Shown here piece after piece: positions 18,193 to 26,478 of a DNA stretch of 64,000 nt. The stretch is from Candidatus Nealsonbacteria bacterium. GTDB lineage: Bacteria > Patescibacteriota > Minisyncoccia > Minisyncoccales > RBG-13-42-11. Positions within the stretch are counted from its first letter, which is position 1. Each line of letters starts with the position of its first letter. The notes under the pieces are model-generated. The model saw nothing but the letters and a program-made list of their open reading frames with translations. It made no database searches and was not told where the DNA came from. The position numbers and the translations under genes are program-made. The DNA lies in contig JAPLXL010000005.1 of assembly GCA_026396115.1 (NCBI GenBank), positions 66,967-130,966 of the forward strand, given 5' to 3'.

Positions 18193-18295
18193 GTTCTAAC
18201 GTCTTCCGTTCCTCGGAGCTACGAAAATCGCCAATCAGGCGGTTTTTTGGTAGAATAATAGATAGATGAGTTTATAAATAGTATCTAATTAATTT

Positions 18296-18775
18296 ATGCC
18301 ACGAGTTCTTACCCAAACATTCGGAGTAGTCGGAGCAATATTAGAAAGAAACGGAAAAATACTTTTGGTTAAAGAAGCAAAAGAAATAGCCAAGGGAATG
18401 TGGAGTCATCCTGCTGGTTGGATTGATGTAGGGGAAAATCCCATTGAAGCAGTAAAAAGAGAAGTAAAAGAAGAAACAGGTTTTGATTTTAAACCAACAC
18501 ACATTCTTGGGGTTTACTCTTTGTTTAAGAAAAACCTAAAACAAAAATTTGGTATTACACCGCACCCCATTAAAATTATTTTTATTGGTAAAATATCCGA
18601 CAATAAAACAGGGAAGCTTCATAATGATGTTTCCGAAACTAAATTGTTTACACCGGAAGAAATATATCAGATGGATATAAGTACATTAAGAGACATGGAT
18701 ATAAAAAAGATGGTTAAAGATTATTTTGCGGGTAAATCTTATCCTTTAGATCTTTTAACTCATACAGAAGAATAA
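18296..18775 (+). CDS. NUDIX hydrolase
   Basis: GWIDVGENPIEAVKREVKEETG Nudix box. Confidence 0.93.
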   Translation: MPRVLTQTFGVVGAILERNGKILLVKEAKEIAKGMWSHPAGWIDVGENPIEAVKREVKEETGFDFKPTHILGVYSLFKKNLKQKFGITPHPIKIIFIGKISDNKTGKLHNDVSETKLFTPEEIYQMDISTLRDMDIKKMVKDYFAGKSYPLDLLTHTEE

Positions 18776-18935
18776 ATGGGTGCAGGTATTCCAAAGTTAA
18801 AAACATAGGATACCAAGCCCTATAGCTATCCTTCATTAAAACGAAACCGTCAGGTTTTGCTTTTTAATTTGGCAAAAATCGCCAATTGACAGTTTGATAA
18901 AAACCTAAAAAAGAGTTAAATTGGAAGAAGATCAA

Positions 18936-18980
18936 ATGTCAAAAGAAAATCAAAGAAAAAATAGAATAAAGGATTTACCC
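18936..18980 (+). pseudogene. radC: radC 5' fragment (15 codons)
   Basis: MSKENQRKNRIKDLP matches the RadC N-terminus; the upstream 65 bp or so match those before the 9757 copy. Confidence 0.8.
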
Positions 18981-19044
18981 CAAAAGTTTTCCACCTTTTC
19001 GCCCTTGACATAGATACTTGATTTGGTATAAAATGATACTAAAT

Positions 19045-19638
19045 ATGGAAACTATATCGAAAGACAAAGCGATTAAAATTTTGCATAAAAAGAAAATTTC
19101 TTTTTTTGATATTATCGATGCTAAAAAGATTTTCGGTATTAAAAAAGAAAATACGCTTTATAAACTCTTACAAAGGTTAGAAAAAAGCGATGTTGTGCAA
19201 AGAATCGTCAAGGGTAAATATCTTTTTTCATTTAACGAAGCTAACGATTTTGAATTAGCCAATTTTTTAGTTAACCCCTCTTATATCTCTTTAGAATCCG
19301 CTCTTTCTTTCTATGGAATTTTGCCTCAATTTCCTTACACTATTACTTCTGTTACTCCCTTAAAATCAAAAAAGATAATTTATCAAGACAAAGAATACGA
19401 ATTCAGTCATTTGGAAAGTAAATATTTTTTTGGCTTTGTGAAAAGAGAGAGGTTTTTAATTGCTACACCTGAAAAAGCGCTTTTGGACGAATTCTATTTT
19501 ATGGCGAAAAAATTGAGAAAAATTCATTTTGAAGATTTAGATTTAAAATCAGTCGATAAGAAAAAACTCCAAACTTTAATTAAAAAATATCATTTCCTTC
19601 CTCTCCAAAATTTAATTAAAAAACTGAAATTAATTTAA
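19045..19638 (+). CDS. AbiEi-type antitoxin (type IV toxin-antitoxin)
   Basis: wHTH N-terminus, PSYISLESALSFYGI, IATPEKALLD. Confidence 0.88.
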   Translation: METISKDKAIKILHKKKISFFDIIDAKKIFGIKKENTLYKLLQRLEKSDVVQRIVKGKYLFSFNEANDFELANFLVNPSYISLESALSFYGILPQFPYTITSVTPLKSKKIIYQDKEYEFSHLESKYFFGFVKRERFLIATPEKALLDEFYFMAKKLRKIHFEDLDLKSVDKKKLQTLIKKYHFLPLQNLIKKLKLI

Positions 19639-19654
19639 TTTTTAAATATTAAAT

Positions 19655-20416
19655 ATGTTAGACAAGGAAACAGCCCAAGATTTATCCAAAAAATTAAATA
19701 TCGATTTATTTACAATCTATCGCGAGTATCTTCAACTTTTATTTTTAAAATATTTCTATAATCAAAAAGAAACAGACAAGGTTTATTTTAAAGGCGGAAC
19801 AGCTTTAAGGTTTTTATTCGGGTCCTTTAGATTTTCTGAAGATCTAGATTTTACTACTCTCTTATCAAAAGCAAAAACAAAAACCTTAATAGATAAAACC
19901 CTTCAAGATTTAAGTAAAGAAACGGAGGGCGTAGAGTTTAGAGAAACCGAATCAATTGCTAATTCTTTCTCGGGTAGAATTTTTCAAGAAAATCCAGAAT
20001 TCAATTTTCCTTTAACAATTAGATTAGACTTTTCTTTCAGAGAAAAACCCCTTCTTCCTGACACCTCTTTTATTGAGGCAATTTTTCCTATCGGACCTTA
20101 TCCTCAAGTTTCTCATTTTAAAATAGAGGAGTTGATGGCAGAAAAAGTAAGAGCAATCTTAACGAGAACCAGAGGTAGGGATTTTTTTGACCTTTATTTT
20201 ATGCTTTCGAAAAAAATCCTCATCGATTGGGAATTAGTAAATAAAAAAATGGCTTTGTATAAAAAGAAAGCAAATCTTAAGCAGCTAATTGAGATTATTG
20301 AAAAATTTCCCCAATCGGAAATAAAAGAAGATTTAACAAAATTTCTCCCAACTACTCATCGAAATTTAGTGACAAAAATAAAAGATTTAACCTTAGAAAA
20401 ATTAAAAAATTTATGA
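19655..20416 (+). CDS. AbiEii nucleotidyltransferase toxin
   Basis: FKGGTAL, RFSEDLDF, AEKVRA, RDFFDL. Confidence 0.92.
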   Translation: MLDKETAQDLSKKLNIDLFTIYREYLQLLFLKYFYNQKETDKVYFKGGTALRFLFGSFRFSEDLDFTTLLSKAKTKTLIDKTLQDLSKETEGVEFRETESIANSFSGRIFQENPEFNFPLTIRLDFSFREKPLLPDTSFIEAIFPIGPYPQVSHFKIEELMAEKVRAILTRTRGRDFFDLYFMLSKKILIDWELVNKKMALYKKKANLKQLIEIIEKFPQSEIKEDLTKFLPTTHRNLVTKIKDLTLEKLKNL

Positions 20417-20460
20417 AACTCAAAAATCTACCGACTAATAATTAACTATTCAACGAGTAT

Positions 20461-21744
20461 ATGACCCAAAAAACTTTAATAATAATAGTAATAGCAACAA
20501 TTGTTGTAATTGGAGGGGTGTTTCTGTTTACACTCGTCCCAGAAACAACACCAGAGCCAACATCAAAACCAACCCCGGAACCGGTAACAAAACCCGAAGC
20601 TATAGAAGGAGTTACAACTGCCAATAACCAGTTTGCCCTGGATTTCTACACAAAAGCCAAAGACGAAGAAGGAAACAAAGAAGAGAATATTTTCTTTTCC
20701 CCTTATAGTTTATCAATCGCCCTGGCCATGACTTATGAGGGAGCTAAAGGGAAAACAGCAGAAGAAATGGAAGATGTTTTTTACTTTCCAAAAGACAATG
20801 ATTTTCGCCGGAAGGCGTTTTTAAGCCTTCATAGCTGGCTTACAAGGGAAGATACAGAACACGAACTTAATATTGCCAATGCTCTCTGGGCACAAAAAGA
20901 TTTTACTTTCTTGCAGGAATATTTTGATGTTATTACCACCTATTATCGGGGTTTAATTGAAAACCTTGATTTTACAGGAGATCCCGAAGGTTCAAGAATA
21001 ACAATCAACCAATGGGTAGAAGAACAAACCAAAGAAAAGATAAAGGATTTAATTCCTTCAGGAGTGATAAATGCTCTAACCCGATTAATTCTCACCAATG
21101 CCATTTACTTTAAAGGAGAGTGGGTACAGGAATTTAATCAAGAAGAAACAAAAGAAGAGAATTTTTATATTACCTCTGAAGAAACAGTAAAGGTTAATAT
21201 GATGCGGCGCTTAGATGAAGAAGCGGAATTCCCTTATTATGAAACAGAAGACCTTCAAATCCTTGAAATGCCTTATTCGGGTGAAGAAACCTCAATGCTT
21301 GTTTTACTTCCTAAAGAAGACAACTTAGAAAAAGCAGAAAAGCAGTTAACCGGAGAAAATCTTGTTATTTGGCAAGAAAATCTAAAAAAACAACGAGTTA
21401 AAGTGTATTTTCCCAAATTCAAATTAGAAACTAAATACTTTTTAAAACCGATCCTCGGTCAAATGGGAATGCCCACTGCTTTTACCGAAGCAGCTGATTT
21501 TTCCGGCATGACAGGTAAAAAAGATTTAATGATTGCTGAAGTAATCCATCAGGCTTTTGTTGAAGTGGATGAGAAAGGAACTGAAGCAGCAGCTGCAACA
21601 GCTGTGGAAATGGAACTGACTGCTATGCCAGCCGAGCCGGTTATTCCTGTTTTCCGCGCTGACAGACCGTTTATCTTTCTAATTCAAGAAAAAGAAACAG
21701 GCAGTATTCTCTTTATGGGGAGAGTAGTCAATCCTGCTTTGTAA
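20461..21744 (+). CDS. Membrane-anchored serpin
   Basis: NIFFSPYS, NAIYFKGEW, hinge EKGTEAAAAT, FRADRPFIFLI. Confidence 0.95.
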   Translation: MTQKTLIIIVIATIVVIGGVFLFTLVPETTPEPTSKPTPEPVTKPEAIEGVTTANNQFALDFYTKAKDEEGNKEENIFFSPYSLSIALAMTYEGAKGKTAEEMEDVFYFPKDNDFRRKAFLSLHSWLTREDTEHELNIANALWAQKDFTFLQEYFDVITTYYRGLIENLDFTGDPEGSRITINQWVEEQTKEKIKDLIPSGVINALTRLILTNAIYFKGEWVQEFNQEETKEENFYITSEETVKVNMMRRLDEEAEFPYYETEDLQILEMPYSGEETSMLVLLPKEDNLEKAEKQLTGENLVIWQENLKKQRVKVYFPKFKLETKYFLKPILGQMGMPTAFTEAADFSGMTGKKDLMIAEVIHQAFVEVDEKGTEAAAATAVEMELTAMPAEPVIPVFRADRPFIFLIQEKETGSILFMGRVVNPAL

Positions 21745-21781
21745 ATCTGATGACGAAGTCCTCTTCGCCTTACAAACTCAA

Positions 21782-22477
21782 ATGTTAAGAGAAAATCAAA
21801 GAAAAAATAGAATAAAGGACTTACCTAAAATTGAACGGCCAAGAGAGAGATTGATTTCAAAAGGAGCGGAGAACTTAAAAGACGAAGAGCTTTTGGCTAT
21901 TCTTCTAAGAACTGGTAGAGAAGGCAAAAATGTAATTGAGTTAGCAAAGCAAATTTTGAGAAAATACTCCAAAAAGCGACTTTTTAAAATGAAGTATGAG
22001 GATTTAATAAAAATCAAAGGAATAAATTCCGCTAAAACCTGCACAATTTTAGCTGCTGCTGAATTAGTAAAAAGAGCGCTGAAAGTACAAGATGAAACCT
22101 TGCCAATTATTAAATCAGTTAAAGATGTTGTAGCCCAAGCTGTTTATTTAAGAGATAAAACTCGCGAACATTTAATGACTATTTATCTTAATGCCAGAAA
22201 CGAGATGGTCTGGAAAAAACAATCAACATTTATCGGCACATTAAACGCCAATTTAGTTCACCCGCGAGAAATTTTTGAAGAAGCCCTTAAACATAATGCC
22301 GCCTCTGTAATTTTGGTTCATAACCACCCGTCAGGGGATAGCGAGCCATCAGAAGACGACTTAGAAATCACTAAACGTATTATTGAAGCCGGCAAAATAA
22401 TGGGAATTGACGTTTTAGACCACATCATCATTACCAAAACCAAAGTTTTTAGTTTCAAGGAGAACAAATTGATTTGA
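21782..22477 (+). CDS. radC: RadC/JAB-domain protein
   Basis: RPRERL, ELLAILLRTG, VHPREIF, HNHPSGD, DHIII. Confidence 0.95.
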   Translation: MLRENQRKNRIKDLPKIERPRERLISKGAENLKDEELLAILLRTGREGKNVIELAKQILRKYSKKRLFKMKYEDLIKIKGINSAKTCTILAAAELVKRALKVQDETLPIIKSVKDVVAQAVYLRDKTREHLMTIYLNARNEMVWKKQSTFIGTLNANLVHPREIFEEALKHNAASVILVHNHPSGDSEPSEDDLEITKRIIEAGKIMGIDVLDHIIITKTKVFSFKENKLI

Positions 22478-22511
22478 AAAAATCTTTAAAATATACTATA
22501 ATATCAATAAT

Positions 22512-23537
22512 ATGGATAAAAAATCTCTTATACAACAAATAGAACAATTAAGGAAATCCCGAGTAATTACTTATTTAACCAGCGATAGACAGGGTCCTGT
22601 TAATGCGAGGGTGGCAATTGATATCATCCCTGTAATAAGTAAACAATTACGGGAGATGGGAAGAGTAGAAAATATTGATTTGTTCTTATATAGTACGGGC
22701 GGGGATACTATGGTGCCGTGGAGGTTGGTTTCTATGGTTCGCGAATATTGCGACAAGTTTTCAGTTCTTGTTCCTTACAAAGCACACAGCGCTGCTACTA
22801 TGATAGCGCTTGGAGCCGACGAAATTGTGATGAGCGACCTTTCAGAACTTTCGCCGATTGACCCTTCAACTGCTAATGTTTTCAATCCGCAGGATCCGCA
22901 AAACCCGCAAAACCGCATTCCGATTTCAGTTGAAGACGTGATGGCTTATTTTGATTTGGCAAAAAATAAATTTGGTATTAAAAATGACGAGGAGCTTGCA
23001 AAAATATTCAATAAATTCGTAGAATCAAATCCACAAATTCATCCGTTGGCGCTGGGCAACGTTAATCGTACTTATAATTTAATTCGAATTCTTGCCAAGC
23101 GACTCCTAAAAAGCCACAAAACCACCATTAAAGAAGAAGAAATTGAAAAGATTGTTGATTACTTCACGGAAAAATTATATTCGCACCAGTACTTCATCGG
23201 ACGAAAAGAGGCAAAAGAAGATTTGGGGTTGGTGACTGTCATAAATGCCAACGAAACTTTATCAAAAGCAATAACAGATTTATACGAGGAATACGCGAAA
23301 GAAATGGAACTTGGTAAAATATGGAATCCGGAAAATGAATTAAGCAAAGAACAGGAGTTAATAAAAAATTACAAAATAGCCTTTATGGATAGTAGTGTTT
23401 TAAATAATTATTTTGAATTAGGAATAGAATTTAAAAGGCAAATGCAGCCGAATATTGTGTTTCCCGGACAACCGCAACAGGTTCAAATTTCTACACTACC
23501 AATAATTTTTAGAGTAATTAATCAGGGTTGGAAATAA
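22512..23537 (+). CDS. SDH/ClpP-class serine peptidase
   Basis: IDLFLYSTGG, AHSAATMIALGADEI, LSPIDP, SH motif. Confidence 0.85.
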   Translation: MDKKSLIQQIEQLRKSRVITYLTSDRQGPVNARVAIDIIPVISKQLREMGRVENIDLFLYSTGGDTMVPWRLVSMVREYCDKFSVLVPYKAHSAATMIALGADEIVMSDLSELSPIDPSTANVFNPQDPQNPQNRIPISVEDVMAYFDLAKNKFGIKNDEELAKIFNKFVESNPQIHPLALGNVNRTYNLIRILAKRLLKSHKTTIKEEEIEKIVDYFTEKLYSHQYFIGRKEAKEDLGLVTVINANETLSKAITDLYEEYAKEMELGKIWNPENELSKEQELIKNYKIAFMDSSVLNNYFELGIEFKRQMQPNIVFPGQPQQVQISTLPIIFRVINQGWK

Positions 23538-23557
23538 GATTAAATTTTTTAAAAACT

Positions 23558-23929
23558 ATGATTAAACTATTATTTGTGCATATTTGTGAGAATGCTTTTA
23601 TAAGCGAGGGGAGCAAAAATCTTAATATAATTGGAATTTTTGAGAATATAGGTGCTAGAAATTTCCCGGCTGTTCATCCTAAATTTTCAGTAGTTACTGG
23701 AATCCAAGGTGATGCCGGAAGCTACGATCAAACTTTGGTAATTATAAATCAACAGACCGGACAAGAGATTAGTCGTGTTGTTGGGAAGTCAAATATTCTA
23801 ACGCCCAATGCTAAAGCCATTTTTATTGGTAATTTTTTAATGATTGCTTTTCCGATGGCAGGTAAATATGTAGTAAATATTTTAATTAATAATAATAAAA
23901 TTGGCGATATAGAATTTAATGTTGGATAA
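23558..23929 (+). CDS. Small beta-rich hypothetical protein (DUF6941-like)
   Basis: ICENA..LNIIGIF..FPAVHP..FPxxGxY. Confidence 0.7.
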   Translation: MIKLLFVHICENAFISEGSKNLNIIGIFENIGARNFPAVHPKFSVVTGIQGDAGSYDQTLVIINQQTGQEISRVVGKSNILTPNAKAIFIGNFLMIAFPMAGKYVVNILINNNKIGDIEFNVG

Positions 23930-23930
23930 T

Positions 23931-24386
23931 ATGGAGAAAACTAACATTATGAGTCAGACACTCGCCGATATTCCCTCAATGCACTCTACGTCGTCACCCC
24001 CTACACCAATCCCGTCACCCTCGCCCTCAACAGGATCGGAATCGAAAGGGCGAAGCTATACCATCCCACCAGGAGCATTTAGTTCTCTAACCGAAAAGGT
24101 AGGTTATCTCCAGTGGTTTATGTTTGGCGTAGTAATCATTGTTGGTTTAGGATTTGTTATAAATTTATTTGATATCTATAATTATAGATATAGTTATTTT
24201 AAGGATAAGGTTGATGATTTAGAGAAACAAAATGTGGTTTTAGAGAATAAAATAAAAAACGATATGACGACGAAGTCAGAAAAAGAAAGTCTAGAAAGAA
24301 TGATAAATAATCAACAGATTATGATAGAGGATTTAAAAAATTGTCTAAAAAACAAAAAATATTGGCAATACGAACAGTGTTTTTAA
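23931..24386 (+). CDS. Single-TM coiled-coil hypothetical protein
   Basis: Pro/Ser-rich N-terminus, TM segment, coiled-coil C-terminus. Confidence 0.65.
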   Translation: MEKTNIMSQTLADIPSMHSTSSPPTPIPSPSPSTGSESKGRSYTIPPGAFSSLTEKVGYLQWFMFGVVIIVGLGFVINLFDIYNYRYSYFKDKVDDLEKQNVVLENKIKNDMTTKSEKESLERMINNQQIMIEDLKNCLKNKKYWQYEQCF

Positions 24387-24395
24387 ATAATATCC

Positions 24396-26045
24396 ATGCC
24401 CATACTTAATTGGATTGGGAAAGAGAAAATTGTAAATCACGATAAAGAAGTGCCGTTTCGGCTCCTGAGGAAGAATAAAAAATACTCGCTCGGGAAGAGC
24501 GAGAATTTAATTATTGAAGGAGATAATTTGGAGGCATTAAAAGCATTAATGCCTTTTTATTATGGAAAAATTAAATGCATATATATTGATCCTCCATATA
24601 ATACCGGCAAAGAGAAGTGGGTTTACAATGATAAAGTTAATGCGCCAAAAATAAAAGAATGGCTTGATAGAGTAGTTGGACCAGAAGGAGAAGATTTATG
24701 TCGTCATGATAAATGGCTCTGTATGATGTATCCAAGATTAAAATTATTAAAAGATTTATTGAGCAATGATGGAGTAATTTTTGTAAGTATTGATGATAAT
24801 GAATTAACCAATCTAAAAACAGTCATGGATGATATTTTTGGAGTTAAGAATATAGTAGCCAATATTATTGTGCAAAGTAATCCAAGGGGAAAGCAACAGA
24901 TGAAAATCGCGGTGACACACGAATATCTATTAGTATATGCGAAAGATATAACCAAAGTAAAATTAAAAGACGCTGAATTGACGGAAAAGCAAATAAAAGA
25001 ATATAACAAAGTAGATGATAATGGAAGAAGATACAGAGAAATCGGCTTAAGAAAAAGGGGTGCGGCGGCTAGAAGGGTTGATGTCCCAAATTTATTTTAT
25101 CCAATTTATATTAATCCAAAAACAGACGCTGTCTCTTTAACACAAAGTAAATATTTTACTAAAAAATCCATACCCTTGTTAAGTAATAATGAAGAGGGTA
25201 GGTGGCGGTGGAGTAAAAAGAAATTTGGAAATAATAAAGATAAGTTAATTGGTAGAATAGTAAATGGTAACAAATGGGACGTTTTTGAAATGGATTATTT
25301 GTTAAAAGAAGATGAACAAAAATTAACAAAATATAAATCTGTATGGGTAGATAAAGAATTAAATTATGAAAAAGCCAAGGATCTTCTTAAACAGATATTT
25401 AATGGCAGGTCACCATTTGATTATCCTAAAACAACCTTTTTATTAAAAAGAATTATACAATTAATTACTAATCAAGAAGATTTAATTCTTGATTCTTTCG
25501 CTGGATCAGGAACTACTGGCCATGCTGTTTTAGATTTTAATAAAGAAGATGGCGGAAATAGGAAATTTATTTTAGTGGAGTTAGAAAAAAATATTGCAAA
25601 AAAAATTACTGCAGAACGAATAAAGAGAGTTATTCGAGGATATTTCTATAAAAAAAATAGGGGAGAAAAGATAAGAGTTAAAGGACTTGGTGGCGGGTTT
25701 GAATATGTAGAACTTGGTGAGCCACTTTTTAATGAAAACGGAATGATAAACGAAAAGGTTAGTTATGGCGATATGGCAAGATATATATTTTTTACAGAAA
25801 CCCATACAAACTTAGAAAGTAGAAACATTAAAGAAAATTATTTAGGAAGATACGGAGATTATCATTATTTCCTTCTTTTCGATGGAATTAAAAACAATAT
25901 ACTAAACAGGAAATTTCTAAAAGAAATTAAAAAGAAAGACGGCAAGAAGATTGTTTACGCAGATAAATGTTTATTAGACGAAGATATACTAGAGAAACAC
26001 CAAATTATTTTTAAACAGATACCGTACGAAGTGAAAATTTATTAA
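24396..26045 (+). CDS. mod: Type III R-M methyltransferase (Mod)
   Basis: IEGDNLEAL, IYIDPPYNTG, WLCMMYPRL, FDYPK, DSFAGSGTTGHA. Confidence 0.93.
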   Translation: MPILNWIGKEKIVNHDKEVPFRLLRKNKKYSLGKSENLIIEGDNLEALKALMPFYYGKIKCIYIDPPYNTGKEKWVYNDKVNAPKIKEWLDRVVGPEGEDLCRHDKWLCMMYPRLKLLKDLLSNDGVIFVSIDDNELTNLKTVMDDIFGVKNIVANIIVQSNPRGKQQMKIAVTHEYLLVYAKDITKVKLKDAELTEKQIKEYNKVDDNGRRYREIGLRKRGAAARRVDVPNLFYPIYINPKTDAVSLTQSKYFTKKSIPLLSNNEEGRWRWSKKKFGNNKDKLIGRIVNGNKWDVFEMDYLLKEDEQKLTKYKSVWVDKELNYEKAKDLLKQIFNGRSPFDYPKTTFLLKRIIQLITNQEDLILDSFAGSGTTGHAVLDFNKEDGGNRKFILVELEKNIAKKITAERIKRVIRGYFYKKNRGEKIRVKGLGGGFEYVELGEPLFNENGMINEKVSYGDMARYIFFTETHTNLESRNIKENYLGRYGDYHYFLLFDGIKNNILNRKFLKEIKKKDGKKIVYADKCLLDEDILEKHQIIFKQIPYEVKIY

Positions 26046-26047
26046 AC

Positions 26048-26464
26048 ATGGAATCAGCAAGAGAAAAGTTAATAAAGTTAATAGTAGCAGGCCAAAAGTC
26101 TGAGGAAAATAAGAAGTTCGGTGAATTTATTGTACAGACAAATAAAGTACAATTTTATTTATCCATACTTGTAGTACTGCAATCCTTTTTTCCCGATAAA
26201 AAGTATCGTGAATATGTTGAAGGAGCAGAATTCGGTTCCGTAATTAATTTATTTTGTGCTTGTGGAAAAAATGAAGAAGGTACAGTTAAATTTATTAAAA
26301 GACTGAGAAAATATAAAAAACAGAGAAACAGGTTGGCTCATAAGATGTTTTCTGCTGAAAAATTAACCAAAAAGGAATGTGAGCAAGCAATCATTGAGGG
26401 AGAGAAAATATTAAAAGACCTTTCTGTTTTTATTAAAGAAAAATTACCAGGAATTGAGATTTAA
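26048..26464 (+). CDS. Small helical protein with an RxxxxH (HEPN-like) motif
   Basis: KQRNRLAHK near the C-terminus; lies between mod and res. Confidence 0.6.
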   Translation: MESAREKLIKLIVAGQKSEENKKFGEFIVQTNKVQFYLSILVVLQSFFPDKKYREYVEGAEFGSVINLFCACGKNEEGTVKFIKRLRKYKKQRNRLAHKMFSAEKLTKKECEQAIIEGEKILKDLSVFIKEKLPGIEI

Positions 26465-26478
26465 AATTGTTGTAATAT

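Larger units (their letters stand above)
2717..18256 (+). repeat. Junction repeat family A (about 13 full or partial copies; more at 36507-36540 and 45187-45212)
   Basis: Left part AAA(T/C)AG(G/A)TTCT(A/G)AC..C(T)CGGAGC; right part AAAATCGCCAA(GA/TC)AGGCGGTTTTTTG(G/A)TAGAAT. Starts near 2717, 4552, 4941, 6167, 7383, 7823, 8328, 8973, 14447, 15604, 16676, 17705 and 18186. Confidence 0.85.

Noticed and set aside
2717..18256. CRISPR array interpretation of the recurring repeats
   Set aside because: Copies are degenerate and separated by whole genes, not by spacers of constant length; no cas genes are recognisable.
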